This document shows positions 20,762 to 30,623 of a stretch of 64,000 nucleotides of DNA, piece by piece. Below the pieces are notes generated by a model. That model was not told the origin of the DNA and ran no database searches. It worked only from the letters and a program-made list of their open reading frames with translations. Position 1 is the stretch's first letter; each line of letters starts with the position of its first letter. Position numbers and translations under genes: made by a program. Origin of the DNA: Myxococcales bacterium (GTDB lineage: Bacteria > Myxococcota_A > Polyangia > Nannocystales > Nannocystaceae); assembly GCA_020633295.1 (NCBI GenBank), contig JACKDW010000001.1, positions 1,341,828-1,405,827 of the forward strand, written 5' to 3'.

Positions 20762-21683
20762 GACGACGCACTCGCCCGATGAACTCCGCACGCCGGAGGA
20801 GCGCTTCGCCTCGCTCCCCGACTTCCCCTGGGCCCCGCGCTACCTCGAATTCTCCGGAGAGGCGCCGTCGGGGCTGCGGCTCCACTACCTCGACGAGGGG
20901 CCGCGAGACGCCGAGCACACCTTCCTGTGTCTGCACGGGCAGCCGACCTGGTCGTTTCTGTACCGCAAGATGATCCCGGTGTTCCTCGAGGCCGGGCAGC
21001 GCGTCGTCGCGCCTGACTTCTTCGGCTTCGGCCGCTCGGACAAGCCCGGCGATCCGGAGCGCTACACCTTCGACTTTCACCGCCAGACCATCATCAGCCT
21101 GATCGCGCAGCTCGACCTGCAGAACATCACGCTCGTGTGCCAGGACTGGGGCGGCCTCATCGGCCTCACGATCCCGATGGACATCCCCGAACGCTTCGCG
21201 CGGCTGCTCGTCATGAACACGGGCCTGGCCGTGGGCGTCGACCCGGGCGAGGGCTTCCAGGCCTGGAAGGCCTACAACGCCGCGAACCCGGACCTGCCGA
21301 TCGCCAACCTCATGAAGCGCGCCGTGCCCGGGATCTCGCCCGAGGAGGCCGCCGCCTACGAAGCGCCCTTCCCCGACGTCCGCTACAAGGCCGGCGTCCA
21401 GCGCTTCCCCGAGATCGTCCCGGTGACGCCCGACATGCCTGGCGCCGCGCTGTCGCGGCGCGCCGCCGAGTGGTTCTCGACCAAGTGGAACGGCCCGACG
21501 TTCATGGCCGTCGGCGAGCTCGATCCTGTCCTCGGCCCGCCCTCCATGAAGGCGCTGCGCGCCGTCATCCGCGGCTGCCCCGAGCCGATGATGCTCCCGA
21601 ACGCCGGTCACTTCGTGCAGGAAGCCGGCGAGCCCGTCGCCCGCGCCGCGCTCGAGGCCTTCGCGGCCCACCCCGCGCGCTGA
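20760..21683 (+). CDS. Haloalkane dehalogenase-like alpha/beta hydrolase (DhlA-type)
   Basis: 307-aa ORF. Motifs LCLHGQPTWSFLYRKMI and the nucleophile elbow NITLVCQDWGGLIGL closely resemble my recollection of DhlA-type dehalogenases. Confidence 0.85.
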   Translation: MTTHSPDELRTPEERFASLPDFPWAPRYLEFSGEAPSGLRLHYLDEGPRDAEHTFLCLHGQPTWSFLYRKMIPVFLEAGQRVVAPDFFGFGRSDKPGDPERYTFDFHRQTIISLIAQLDLQNITLVCQDWGGLIGLTIPMDIPERFARLLVMNTGLAVGVDPGEGFQAWKAYNAANPDLPIANLMKRAVPGISPEEAAAYEAPFPDVRYKAGVQRFPEIVPVTPDMPGAALSRRAAEWFSTKWNGPTFMAVGELDPVLGPPSMKALRAVIRGCPEPMMLPNAGHFVQEAGEPVARAALEAFAAHPAR

Positions 21684-21782
21684 CGACCCGCTCGCCAGGA
21701 TTGCGCGCGCCTCCCCGAAGTCGCCGCGGTACAACCGTGCGCGAAAACGCGCACCCGATTTCCGCGCGTAGAGGAGGACGCA

Positions 21783-22271
21783 ATGGCCAAACCTGCGAAG
21801 GCCCCCGTGCCCGAGGGCATGCACACCATCACCCCGCACCTGTGGTTCAACGGCGAAGCCGCAGCGGCGCTCGATCTGTACCAGCGCGCGTTCGGGGCCG
21901 AGGTCGTCGGCGATGTCGCCAAGGGACCCGACGGCAAGAGCGTCATGCACGCGATGCTGCGCTTCGGCACCTCACACGTCATGATCGCCGACGCGTGGCC
22001 CGGGAACTGGGAGCGCGGCCCCACGGACGCCGCGACCGCCGGCCTCTGGGTCTACGTCAACGACTGCGACGCGCTGTTTCGCCGCGCCGCGGCGGCGGGC
22101 TGCGAGGTCACGATGCCCGTCGCCGACATGTTCTGGGGCGACCGAATGGGCAAGCTCAAGGACCCCTACGGGCACACCTGGGCGATCGCGACCCACAAGG
22201 AGGTCCTGACCCCGGAGGAGATCCACGAGCGCGAGCAGGCCTGGCTGCGCTCGATGCAGGGCGGCGGCTGA
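21783..22271 (+). CDS. VOC/glyoxalase-fold protein, PhnB-like
   Basis: 162-aa ORF. ITPHLWFNG...HAMLRFG...FWGDRMGKLKDPYGHTWAIA is the typical PhnB-like signature. Confidence 0.8.
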   Translation: MAKPAKAPVPEGMHTITPHLWFNGEAAAALDLYQRAFGAEVVGDVAKGPDGKSVMHAMLRFGTSHVMIADAWPGNWERGPTDAATAGLWVYVNDCDALFRRAAAAGCEVTMPVADMFWGDRMGKLKDPYGHTWAIATHKEVLTPEEIHEREQAWLRSMQGGG

Positions 22272-22367
22272 GCGCCGCCCGGCGATGACCACGAGCGAGC
22301 GCGGCGCCCCGCGACTGCGGCGCGCCGCGCCGGTTCACGCCGTCGCGTTCAACGCATGACCATTCGG

Positions 22368-24308
22368 TCAGCCCGTGACGCCGCGCGCCGAGCTCACGAG
22401 CTCGTCGACGACCGACGGATCCGCCAGCGTCGACGTGTCCCCGAGCTGGTCGTGCTCGCCGGCCGCGATCTTGCGCAGGATCCGGCGCATGATCTTGCCG
22501 GAGCGCGTCTTCGGCAGCCCGGACACGACCTGGATAAAGTCCGGCGACGCGATCGGCCCGATCGCGTGGCGGACCTGCTGCTTGAGCGCGCCCCGCAGCT
22601 CGCCGGGATCCGTCGACTCGTACTCCGGCGTGATGATCACGTAGGCGTAGATGCCCGTGCCCTTGATCTCGTGCGGGCAGCCGACGACCGCGGCCTCGGC
22701 CACCGCGTCGTGGGCCACCAGCGCGCTCTCGATCTCGGCGGTGCCCAGGCGGTGCCCGGAGACGTTGAGCACGTCGTCGACGCGCCCCGTGATCCAGTAG
22801 TAGCCGTCCTCGTCACGTCGACAGCCGTCCCCCGTGAAGTAGCGGCCAGAGAAGCGCTGGTAGTACGTGCGATAGAAGCGGTCGTGATCGCCGTAGATGG
22901 TCCGGGTCTGCCCCGGCCACGGCGCGGCGATGCACAGGTTGCCCGACACGCCGTTGCCGGTGAGCTCGTTGCCGTCGTCGTCGACGAGGATCGGCTGGAT
23001 GCCGAAGAACGGCAGCGTCGCCGAGCCCGGCTTGCACGGCGTCGCGCCCGGCAGCGGCGTGATCATGATCCCGCCCGTCTCGGTCTGCCACCAGGTGTCG
23101 ACCACCGCGCAGCGCCCGTCGCCCACGACGTCGTGATACCAGCGCCAGACCTCCGGGTTGATCGGCTCGCCGACGGTGCCGAGCACGCGCAGGCTCGCGC
23201 GAGAGTACTTTCGGACAGGCTCGTCACCCTCGCGCATCAGCGCGCGGATCGCCGTCGGCGCGGTGTAGAAGATCGTCGCCTTGATGTCGTCGATGATCTG
23301 CCAGTAGCGCCCGGCGTCCGGGTACAGCGGCGTCGACTCGAACATCACCGTCGTCACGCCGTTCGCCAGCGGCCCGTAGACGATGTAGCTGTGCCCCGTG
23401 ATCCACCCGGCGTCAGCTGCACAAAAGTACACGTCGTCCTCGTGCGCGTCGAACACGTAGCGATGGGTCAGCATCGCGTACAGCAGGTAGCCGGCGGTCG
23501 TGTGCAGCACGCCCTTGGGCTTGCCCGTCGAGCCCGAGGTGTAGAGCACGAACAGCGGATCCTCGCTCGCCATCCACTCGGCCGGGCAGACCGCGCGCTC
23601 GCGGGCCATCTCGTCGGCCAACCAGCGATCGCGCCCGGCGACCATCGGCACCTCGGCGTCGGTGCGCTTGGCGACCAGCACCGACGACACGCACTCGACG
23701 CCCTCGAGCGCCTCGTCGACGATCGCCTTCAGCGGCACGCGCTTGGGCCCGCGCACGCCCTCGTTGGCCGTCACGACCACCGAGCAGCGCGCGTCGAGCA
23801 CTCGCTCGCGCAGCGCCTCGGCCGAGAAGCCCGCGAACACCACGGAGTGCACGGCGCCGATCCGCGCGCACGCGAGCATCGTGTAGGCCAGCTCCGGGAT
23901 CATCGGCAGGTAGATGCACACGCGGTCGCCCTTGCGGACGCCCCGCGCCTTGAGGACGTTGGCGATCCGACCGACGTGCTGCGCCAGCTCCGCGAACGAG
24001 ATGTGCTCGTAGGTCCCCGGCTCGTTCCCGACCCAGATGATCGCGGTCTTGTCGGGCGCCGCGTCCGCGTGCCGGTCGACGCAGTTGAAGCACATGTTGA
24101 GCCGCCCACCGCCGAACCACGAGAACTCGGCGCGCTCCATGTCCGCCGACACCGTGGAGTGCGGCGGGTGGAACCAGGTCACGAGCTCATCGGCCTTCGC
24201 CTGCCAAAACCCGGCCGGGTCCTCGATGCTCTGCGCGTACAGCTCGCGGTACTCCTCCATGGACTTGATGTGCGCGGACTGGGCGATGGCGGGCTTTACT
24301 TCGATCAC
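22368..24308 (-). CDS. acs: Acetyl-CoA synthetase
   Basis: Track ORF 22368..24401. Preferred start is GTG at 24308, preceded by AGGAGAGAG, giving about 646 aa beginning [27 protein letters not shown]-binding motif [11 protein letters not shown] and C-terminal [12 protein letters not shown]. Confidence 0.95.
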   Translation of the reverse strand: MIEVKPAIAQSAHIKSMEEYRELYAQSIEDPAGFWQAKADELVTWFHPPHSTVSADMERAEFSWFGGGRLNMCFNCVDRHADAAPDKTAIIWVGNEPGTYEHISFAELAQHVGRIANVLKARGVRKGDRVCIYLPMIPELAYTMLACARIGAVHSVVFAGFSAEALRERVLDARCSVVVTANEGVRGPKRVPLKAIVDEALEGVECVSSVLVAKRTDAEVPMVAGRDRWLADEMARERAVCPAEWMASEDPLFVLYTSGSTGKPKGVLHTTAGYLLYAMLTHRYVFDAHEDDVYFCAADAGWITGHSYIVYGPLANGVTTVMFESTPLYPDAGRYWQIIDDIKATIFYTAPTAIRALMREGDEPVRKYSRASLRVLGTVGEPINPEVWRWYHDVVGDGRCAVVDTWWQTETGGIMITPLPGATPCKPGSATLPFFGIQPILVDDDGNELTGNGVSGNLCIAAPWPGQTRTIYGDHDRFYRTYYQRFSGRYFTGDGCRRDEDGYYWITGRVDDVLNVSGHRLGTAEIESALVAHDAVAEAAVVGCPHEIKGTGIYAYVIITPEYESTDPGELRGALKQQVRHAIGPIASPDFIQVVSGLPKTRSGKIMRRILRKIAAGEHDQLGDTSTLADPSVVDELVSSARGVTG

Positions 24309-24402
24309 GAACGGCTCTCTCCTGACCCCGCGTGCGCCGCGAAGCCGCCCCGAGCTTCGCACGCGTCGCCGATGATGCAAACCGCCCCCAGACGGCGACA
24401 CG

Positions 24403-25377
24403 CTACACGCACCGGCGAAACCGACCAGGCCGCGTCTCGACGATCAAGCCGAGCGCCTCGGCCTCCGTGAGGGCCTCCAGGAGCGCACCTGGATCCTCTG
24501 CGGAGTCCACGCCCAGCCCGCGTGGACCCGCGTCCACGAGCGCGCGCGCGAGCCATCGCAGCGACTCCGGCCACCCCGCCAGCTCCGCCGCCGCCGCCGC
24601 GCCGAGCTCCCCGCTCCCCGACGGCACCGCGCGCGCGAGCCACCGCTCCAGTCGCTGCGCGAACGAGCCTCCGACGACCGAGAACCCGAGCGGCGCCGGC
24701 CCGGGCAGCGGATGCGCGCCAGCCTCGATGAGCAGCCCGCACCCCGGAGATCCGCACACCGCCGCAGTCGCTACGCGACGACGCAGCGAGAGGCGCCCGG
24801 TGCCGCACGAGCCCGAGCGCGAGCTGGCCTGGACCACGAGCACCGCGTCGGCGAGCGCGACGACGAAGCGATTGCGACTGGCGAACATCCCCCGGGCGAG
24901 CCGCGTACCCGGCGGATGCGCGAACAGCAGCCCGGAGCCCGGCGCTGACGCGACGGCGTGAAACAGCGGGGCGTGGGCTGCGGGATAGGGCTGATCGGGT
25001 CCACACGGCAGCACGGCGAGCTGCGGCACCCCCTCGCGGAGCGCGGCGCGATGGACCGCCGCGTCGATCCCGAGCGCGCCGCCCGAGATCACCGACCACC
25101 CGCGCGCCCCCGCGACCGCGACCGCTGCGCCCGCCAGCTCACACAGAGGGAGACGCGCGGCGCGGCTGCCAATGATCGCGAGCCGAGGCCTGGAGGGAAT
25201 CGAGCCCGCGCGCTCCAGCGTGTCCCGCGTCGCCAGTCCGAGGGCCTCGGCTGTGATCGTCTCGGTCGCGAAGGCGGGGCGCGCGGACTCCAGTCGTCTC
25301 ACCACGCGCAGCGGTCGGCCCCGCGCAGGTCGATGTTGCGTCGGCGCCTCCCCCTGGACGCACGACATTCGCGTCAT
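24403..25377 (-). CDS. dprA: DNA processing protein DprA (Smf)
   Basis: Track ORF 24403..25536, start taken at ATG 25377. Core LAIIGSRAA...[18 protein letters not shown]...[19 protein letters not shown]. Confidence 0.85.
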   Translation of the reverse strand: MTRMSCVQGEAPTQHRPARGRPLRVVRRLESARPAFATETITAEALGLATRDTLERAGSIPSRPRLAIIGSRAARLPLCELAGAAVAVAGARGWSVISGGALGIDAAVHRAALREGVPQLAVLPCGPDQPYPAAHAPLFHAVASAPGSGLLFAHPPGTRLARGMFASRNRFVVALADAVLVVQASSRSGSCGTGRLSLRRRVATAAVCGSPGCGLLIEAGAHPLPGPAPLGFSVVGGSFAQRLERWLARAVPSGSGELGAAAAAELAGWPESLRWLARALVDAGPRGLGVDSAEDPGALLEALTEAEALGLIVETRPGRFRRCV

Positions 25378-25526
25378 GGAGTCACGGCCTCGCCCGGTCA
25401 CGCGACTGACACACGCGCCAGTCGAGCCCCCGCGCGACTCCGCCCACATCGTCCAACACGCTGAAATCACGGCAAAAACCACGATCATCCTGGGATAGCT
25501 CGACACCTGCATTGCCAGGGGACGCC

Positions 25527-26114
25527 ATGCTCGCACGACGCATCTTTCCGCTGCTCCTGACCTGCGCCCTGGCCGCAGCCACGGGCTGCGACACCCTGGA
25601 CGGCGCGGAGTTCGGCAACGCCACGAGCGCCCTCGACAGTGACGCCGAGCAGCTCGCCGAGGACGACTCCGCCGGCGCCGGCGAGGACGAGGACCTCGAG
25701 CCCACGCTCCTCGTCCAGTGCAGCCAGCCCGTCCTCTGCGACGCGATGCCCCTTCACGGCGACGAGAACGGCGCCGTGACCAACGACGCGTCCGTGGCGG
25801 CCTACTCTGACACCGAGCGCTGCGTGCTCGAGAGCCTCGCGCGCGGCGAGCCCGCGCTGATCCAGACGGTCGCGGACTTCGAAAACGCGACGGCCTTCCT
25901 CGACTTCGCGCTCGTCGGCAGCGACGCGGCGCTGCGCCAGGCCCACGGAGACGGCGTCGACGTCGGCATCTGGACGAACAACCCGTATCGCTGCGAGCTC
26001 CGGCCGCGCGACTACTTCCAAGACTGCCTCGACAACCACGACCCGGGCTGCTTGCAGCCGTCCAACTGGGTCGAGCGCTGTGAGGACCTCGGCGCGCTGA
26101 TCTGTCCCGAATGA
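25527..26114 (+). CDS. Hypothetical Cys-rich lipoprotein
   Basis: ATG at 25527 gives MLARRIFPLLLTCALAAATGC (lipobox). The mature part is acidic with about 10 Cys. Confidence 0.7.
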   Translation: MLARRIFPLLLTCALAAATGCDTLDGAEFGNATSALDSDAEQLAEDDSAGAGEDEDLEPTLLVQCSQPVLCDAMPLHGDENGAVTNDASVAAYSDTERCVLESLARGEPALIQTVADFENATAFLDFALVGSDAALRQAHGDGVDVGIWTNNPYRCELRPRDYFQDCLDNHDPGCLQPSNWVERCEDLGALICPE

Positions 26115-26310
26115 TCCGCCCCGCCCGATCGCCCCGAGTGAACCTCCACGCTTGATCCGCTTAACGGAAACACACCGGCCGAGGGGTGGCGTAGCCGGGG
26201 GGCCGCCGCCCCTCCGGCCGGTGTTCCCGGATCGCGCGCGACCTCCAGACCGCGTCACCGCGACGTTTGACGCCGTTCTGCAACCCGCCTACGCTCGGTC
26301 GCTGCGGTGA

Positions 26311-27462
<1,152 letters not shown>

Positions 27463-27470
27463 GCACCCGA

Positions 27471-27505
27471 GCCTTCGGCCAGGTTTAAAAGACCAGGTCG
27501 AAGGC
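27471..27505. terminator. Long imperfect hairpin between convergent genes (possible bidirectional terminator)
   Basis: GCCTTCGGCCAGGT-ttaaaag-ACCAGGTCGAAGGC: 13 of 14 positions pair (one G-U, one mismatch). Lies between the adhC stop (27462) and the stop at 27555. No U-tract. Confidence 0.45.
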
Positions 27506-27554
27506 CGACCGCTGGCGCGACGAGCTTCGCCACGCGCGGACGCGCCGCGGGCGG

Positions 27555-28007
27555 CTAGGTCCCGAACGCCAGGTAGCCGACGAGGCCGGCGATCGCCGCG
27601 AGCGCGACCCACAGCAGCGAGCGCGAGGCGCCCGCCTGGGCCACCGCGCCCGGCGGCAGAAACGGCGCGATCGCGTTCTCGTGGTCGACCCGCACCGTCA
27701 AGAGCAGGTCGCCCGCGCGTCCCCCAGGCGCGCGCTCCCCCTGCCCTCGCAGGCGCAGCGTCCCGCCGTCAGGGAAGCTCGCGGGGAGCCGGAGGGTCAT
27801 CGCCGCGCCGTCGTCGTGGGGCGACGGCGTGCGCGCGACCAGCTCGTCGCCGACTGGGAGCTCGAGCGGCACCTCGACGGAGAAGCCGTCGTCATCGCCG
27901 AGCGAATTCGCGGGGACGGTGACCTCGGCGCGCAGCGTCCGGCCGCGCGCGTCACCGCTCGCGGCGCCGCCGTCCGCCTGCTCGAAGATGTTGCCGAGCT
28001 GCGTCAT
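27555..28007 (-). CDS. Membrane-anchored protein with a DnaJ C-terminal-domain-like beta fold
   Basis: ATG at 28007 within track ORF 27555..28739. GRTLRAEVTVP...TLRLRGQGERAPGGRAGDLLLTVRVD resembles the DnaJ CTD. C-terminal TM helix LLWVALAAIAGLVGYLAF. Confidence 0.6.
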   Translation of the reverse strand: MTQLGNIFEQADGGAASGDARGRTLRAEVTVPANSLGDDDGFSVEVPLELPVGDELVARTPSPHDDGAAMTLRLPASFPDGGTLRLRGQGERAPGGRAGDLLLTVRVDHENAIAPFLPPGAVAQAGASRSLLWVALAAIAGLVGYLAFGT

Positions 28008-28323
28008 CGCGCCGAGATGATACGACACGGGGGCGCGCGCCTGCCGAGCGCGGCGCCGCGCTCCCGCACGGACGCCGTGCGCCCGTGCTCGTCTGCCCGA
28101 GCGGGCATGACCCTTCGACTGCGTCCGATCTGATGTGAGCGTGCGCATCGCTTCGGGCGCGCGCGAGTTCGCCCGTCGCTGCGCCCGCCGGCCGGCGCGC
28201 GTTGGAATGATGTTCCCGCGCGCCGCCGACGACCACGAGCGCCGACCTCCGCCCGCGAGAGACTCGCTTGTAGCTGCACAAACCGACTTTTCAATTCGAC
28301 ACCTCGACGGGTAGCGTCGTTGC

Positions 28324-29568
28324 ATGCACGGCTGGACCTGCGCTGGATTCGTTGATCTACCACCGAGTCGCGGGCTCCTCCTCGCCGCGCTGCTGCTCGC
28401 CGCGTGTGGCGCCGAGCCTGGCCTCGGCGACACGCTCACGGACGACACGCTGCCGGGCGACAGCCTCACGAACAACGGCAGCCTGACCAACACCAGCCTC
28501 TCGGGCGCCGACACCGACGACACCGACACCGACGACGGGGGCACCGGACCTGGGACGGGCGGCTCCGGCGTCTCCGGCGCCTCCAACGGTTCGGGCGGCT
28601 CCAACGACACGATCAAGTTTGACGTCGGCGACGGCCAGGACAGCCACGGGACGACGACCGGCGACGACCCCTGCGACACCGACGGCACCGACGGCTGCGA
28701 GTGCACCATCCCCGAGCACACGCCCTGCGACGCCGGCACCTTCGATCCCTTCTACGCCATGGGCCTCAACTGCCCCGGCGAGTTCCAGGTCAACGCGTCC
28801 ACGAACGGCGCGCCCTCGGCGATCGGCGTGCGCAGCAGCTTCGGCGGCAGCAACGCGTTCGACCCGCGCGAGGGCTCCGTCTACGCGGTCATCGGCAGCG
28901 GTCACATCGCCGACCTCGACCTCGTGACGCCCGGCGGCGACAGCAACGCCGGCCCGACGCACTGCAACGACGACCTCGGCAACTACGACCCCGGCGGCTC
29001 CCTGCCCGCGCCGATCTTGACCAACGACGTCGGCGGCGACTGCACCCAGAACGCGGGCCTGATCGGCACCGGCGACTGCTCCAACACGATCAACGGTCAG
29101 TTCACGCAGGGCGGCTCCGCCAACGACTACACCGAGCTGCGCGTCGTCGCCAACGTGCCCCCGGACGTCACCTCGTTCAGCTACGACTTCGCGTTCTTCA
29201 CGACCGAGTGGCCGTGGTACGCGAACTCTGCCTTCAACGACATGTACATCGGTTGGCTGACGTCGGAGCTGTGGACCGGCAACATCTCCTTCGACAACCA
29301 GGGCAACCCGATCTCGCTCAACGCCGGCTTCCTCGACTACAAGGATCAGAACGGCACGCTCAACGTGTTCGCCGGCACCTGCATGCGCCAGCACGCGGGC
29401 ACCGCCTGGCTCTCGACGACCGCGAGCGTCAGCCCGGGCGAGAGCATCACGCTGGTGTTCGCGATCTTCGATCTCAGCGACTCGATCCTCGACAGCTACG
29501 CGTTCCTCGACAACTTCCAGTGGGGCTGCGAGCCCACCGGCAAGCCGAGCACCGAGCCGATCGGCTGA
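28324..29568 (+). CDS. Secreted lipoprotein, choice-of-anchor-L-like domain
   Basis: 414-aa ORF. Lipobox LLLAAC, a Thr/Asp/Gly-rich linker, then conserved blocks FSYDFAFFTTEWPWYANSAFNDMY and LVFAIFDLSDSILDSYAFLDNF. Confidence 0.75.
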   Translation: MHGWTCAGFVDLPPSRGLLLAALLLAACGAEPGLGDTLTDDTLPGDSLTNNGSLTNTSLSGADTDDTDTDDGGTGPGTGGSGVSGASNGSGGSNDTIKFDVGDGQDSHGTTTGDDPCDTDGTDGCECTIPEHTPCDAGTFDPFYAMGLNCPGEFQVNASTNGAPSAIGVRSSFGGSNAFDPREGSVYAVIGSGHIADLDLVTPGGDSNAGPTHCNDDLGNYDPGGSLPAPILTNDVGGDCTQNAGLIGTGDCSNTINGQFTQGGSANDYTELRVVANVPPDVTSFSYDFAFFTTEWPWYANSAFNDMYIGWLTSELWTGNISFDNQGNPISLNAGFLDYKDQNGTLNVFAGTCMRQHAGTAWLSTTASVSPGESITLVFAIFDLSDSILDSYAFLDNFQWGCEPTGKPSTEPIG

Positions 29569-29809
29569 CCGGCGCCGATCGGGTTTTCGGAGCCATGGAC
29601 CGTCGCGCGCGCGCCGGAGCGAGCGCGCCGGCGCCGGGACCGTCGGCGCGCGAGCCAGGAGCTCCGGCGCCGGCATCCAGCGCCGCCGGGTCCGCGACGG
29701 TCCGCGACGGTCCGCGCGAGCGCGCGCGCGCGTGAGCGCGATCGCGTGAGCGGGCCGTTGTCCCGCCGGCCTCGCCCCTGGTACCGTCGCCCGCACACGA
29801 GGAGCCTCG

Positions 29810-30379
29810 ATGTCCACGCGCACCCCGACGGATGAGGAAGACGCCTACTTCAAGCGCCAGGAGATGGCGCTCCGCACCAAGCTGCGGAACAAGCTCAACA
29901 GCGCCGCGGGCGAGCTCGCGGGGTCGCGACCCTCGTCCACGGAGATCGCCGAGCGCATCCGTGCCCTCGGCTTTGGCGGCGAGAAAGCGCGGGTCTTCGA
30001 CGTCCTCCCGCTGGTGCACGTCGCCTGGGCCGACGGCACGATCCAGCGAAAGGAGCGCGCGTCGATCTTCCGGCTGCTCGAGAGCCGCGGCATCCGCCCC
30101 GGCACCGAGCCGTTCCGCGTGATCGAGAGCCTGCTCGAGTCGCGGCCCTCCGAGGAGTTCCTCAAGGAGTCGCTCGATCTTCTCAAGGAGGTCGTCTCCG
30201 ATCGCGAGCGCGCGGAGGAGGTCGTCGACTGGTGTGTCGAGGTCGCGCGCGCTGCGGGCGGGCTCCTCGGGCTCGGAATCGGCGAGACGGTGTGCGCTGA
30301 AGAGCGCGCGCTGATCGAGCAGATCGCACGCACCCTCGGGCGCGACGCGGTCAAAGAGTTCCGCCGCCGCCTCGGTTAG
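29810..30379 (+). CDS. TerB-like (tellurite-resistance TerB family) domain protein
   Basis: 189-aa ORF. LPLVHVAWADGTIQRKERASIFRLLE and a second helical hairpin ending EERALIEQIARTLG fit the TerB-like fold. The assignment is by pattern only. Confidence 0.5.
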   Translation: MSTRTPTDEEDAYFKRQEMALRTKLRNKLNSAAGELAGSRPSSTEIAERIRALGFGGEKARVFDVLPLVHVAWADGTIQRKERASIFRLLESRGIRPGTEPFRVIESLLESRPSEEFLKESLDLLKEVVSDRERAEEVVDWCVEVARAAGGLLGLGIGETVCAEERALIEQIARTLGRDAVKEFRRRLG

Positions 30380-30623
30380 AAAGCGCGATCGCGGCGTCCT
30401 GCACGACGTGCGGAGGACCTGCGCTCACCCAACGCGACGCTGCTCGGCGCGGACATCATTTCCGCGCGCGAGCCGTGGGCGCACGTCCGCGCGTTGACTT
30501 GAAAACCTGCGCGTGCGCCCGTGGTGAGTCTCTGGCAGACTTCGGACCCCGCGTCGTCCTGGCCGTTGTGTAGATCGGCCTCGTCGCGGCACGGCGAGCG
30601 CGCGTCGCTCGTCGACCCACGCC

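Noticed and set aside
20759-20762. CATG overlap of the divergent starts at 20760(+) and 20761(-) as a regulatory curiosity
   Set aside because: The minus-strand start is uncertain, and a downstream GTG is equally possible. The overlap may be an artefact of choosing the first Met.
30494-30530. TTGACT hexamer upstream of the MVP gene as a -35 element
   Set aside because: No acceptable -10 hexamer lies at 16-19 nt spacing (GCCCGT at 17 nt), so a promoter call is not supportable from sequence alone.
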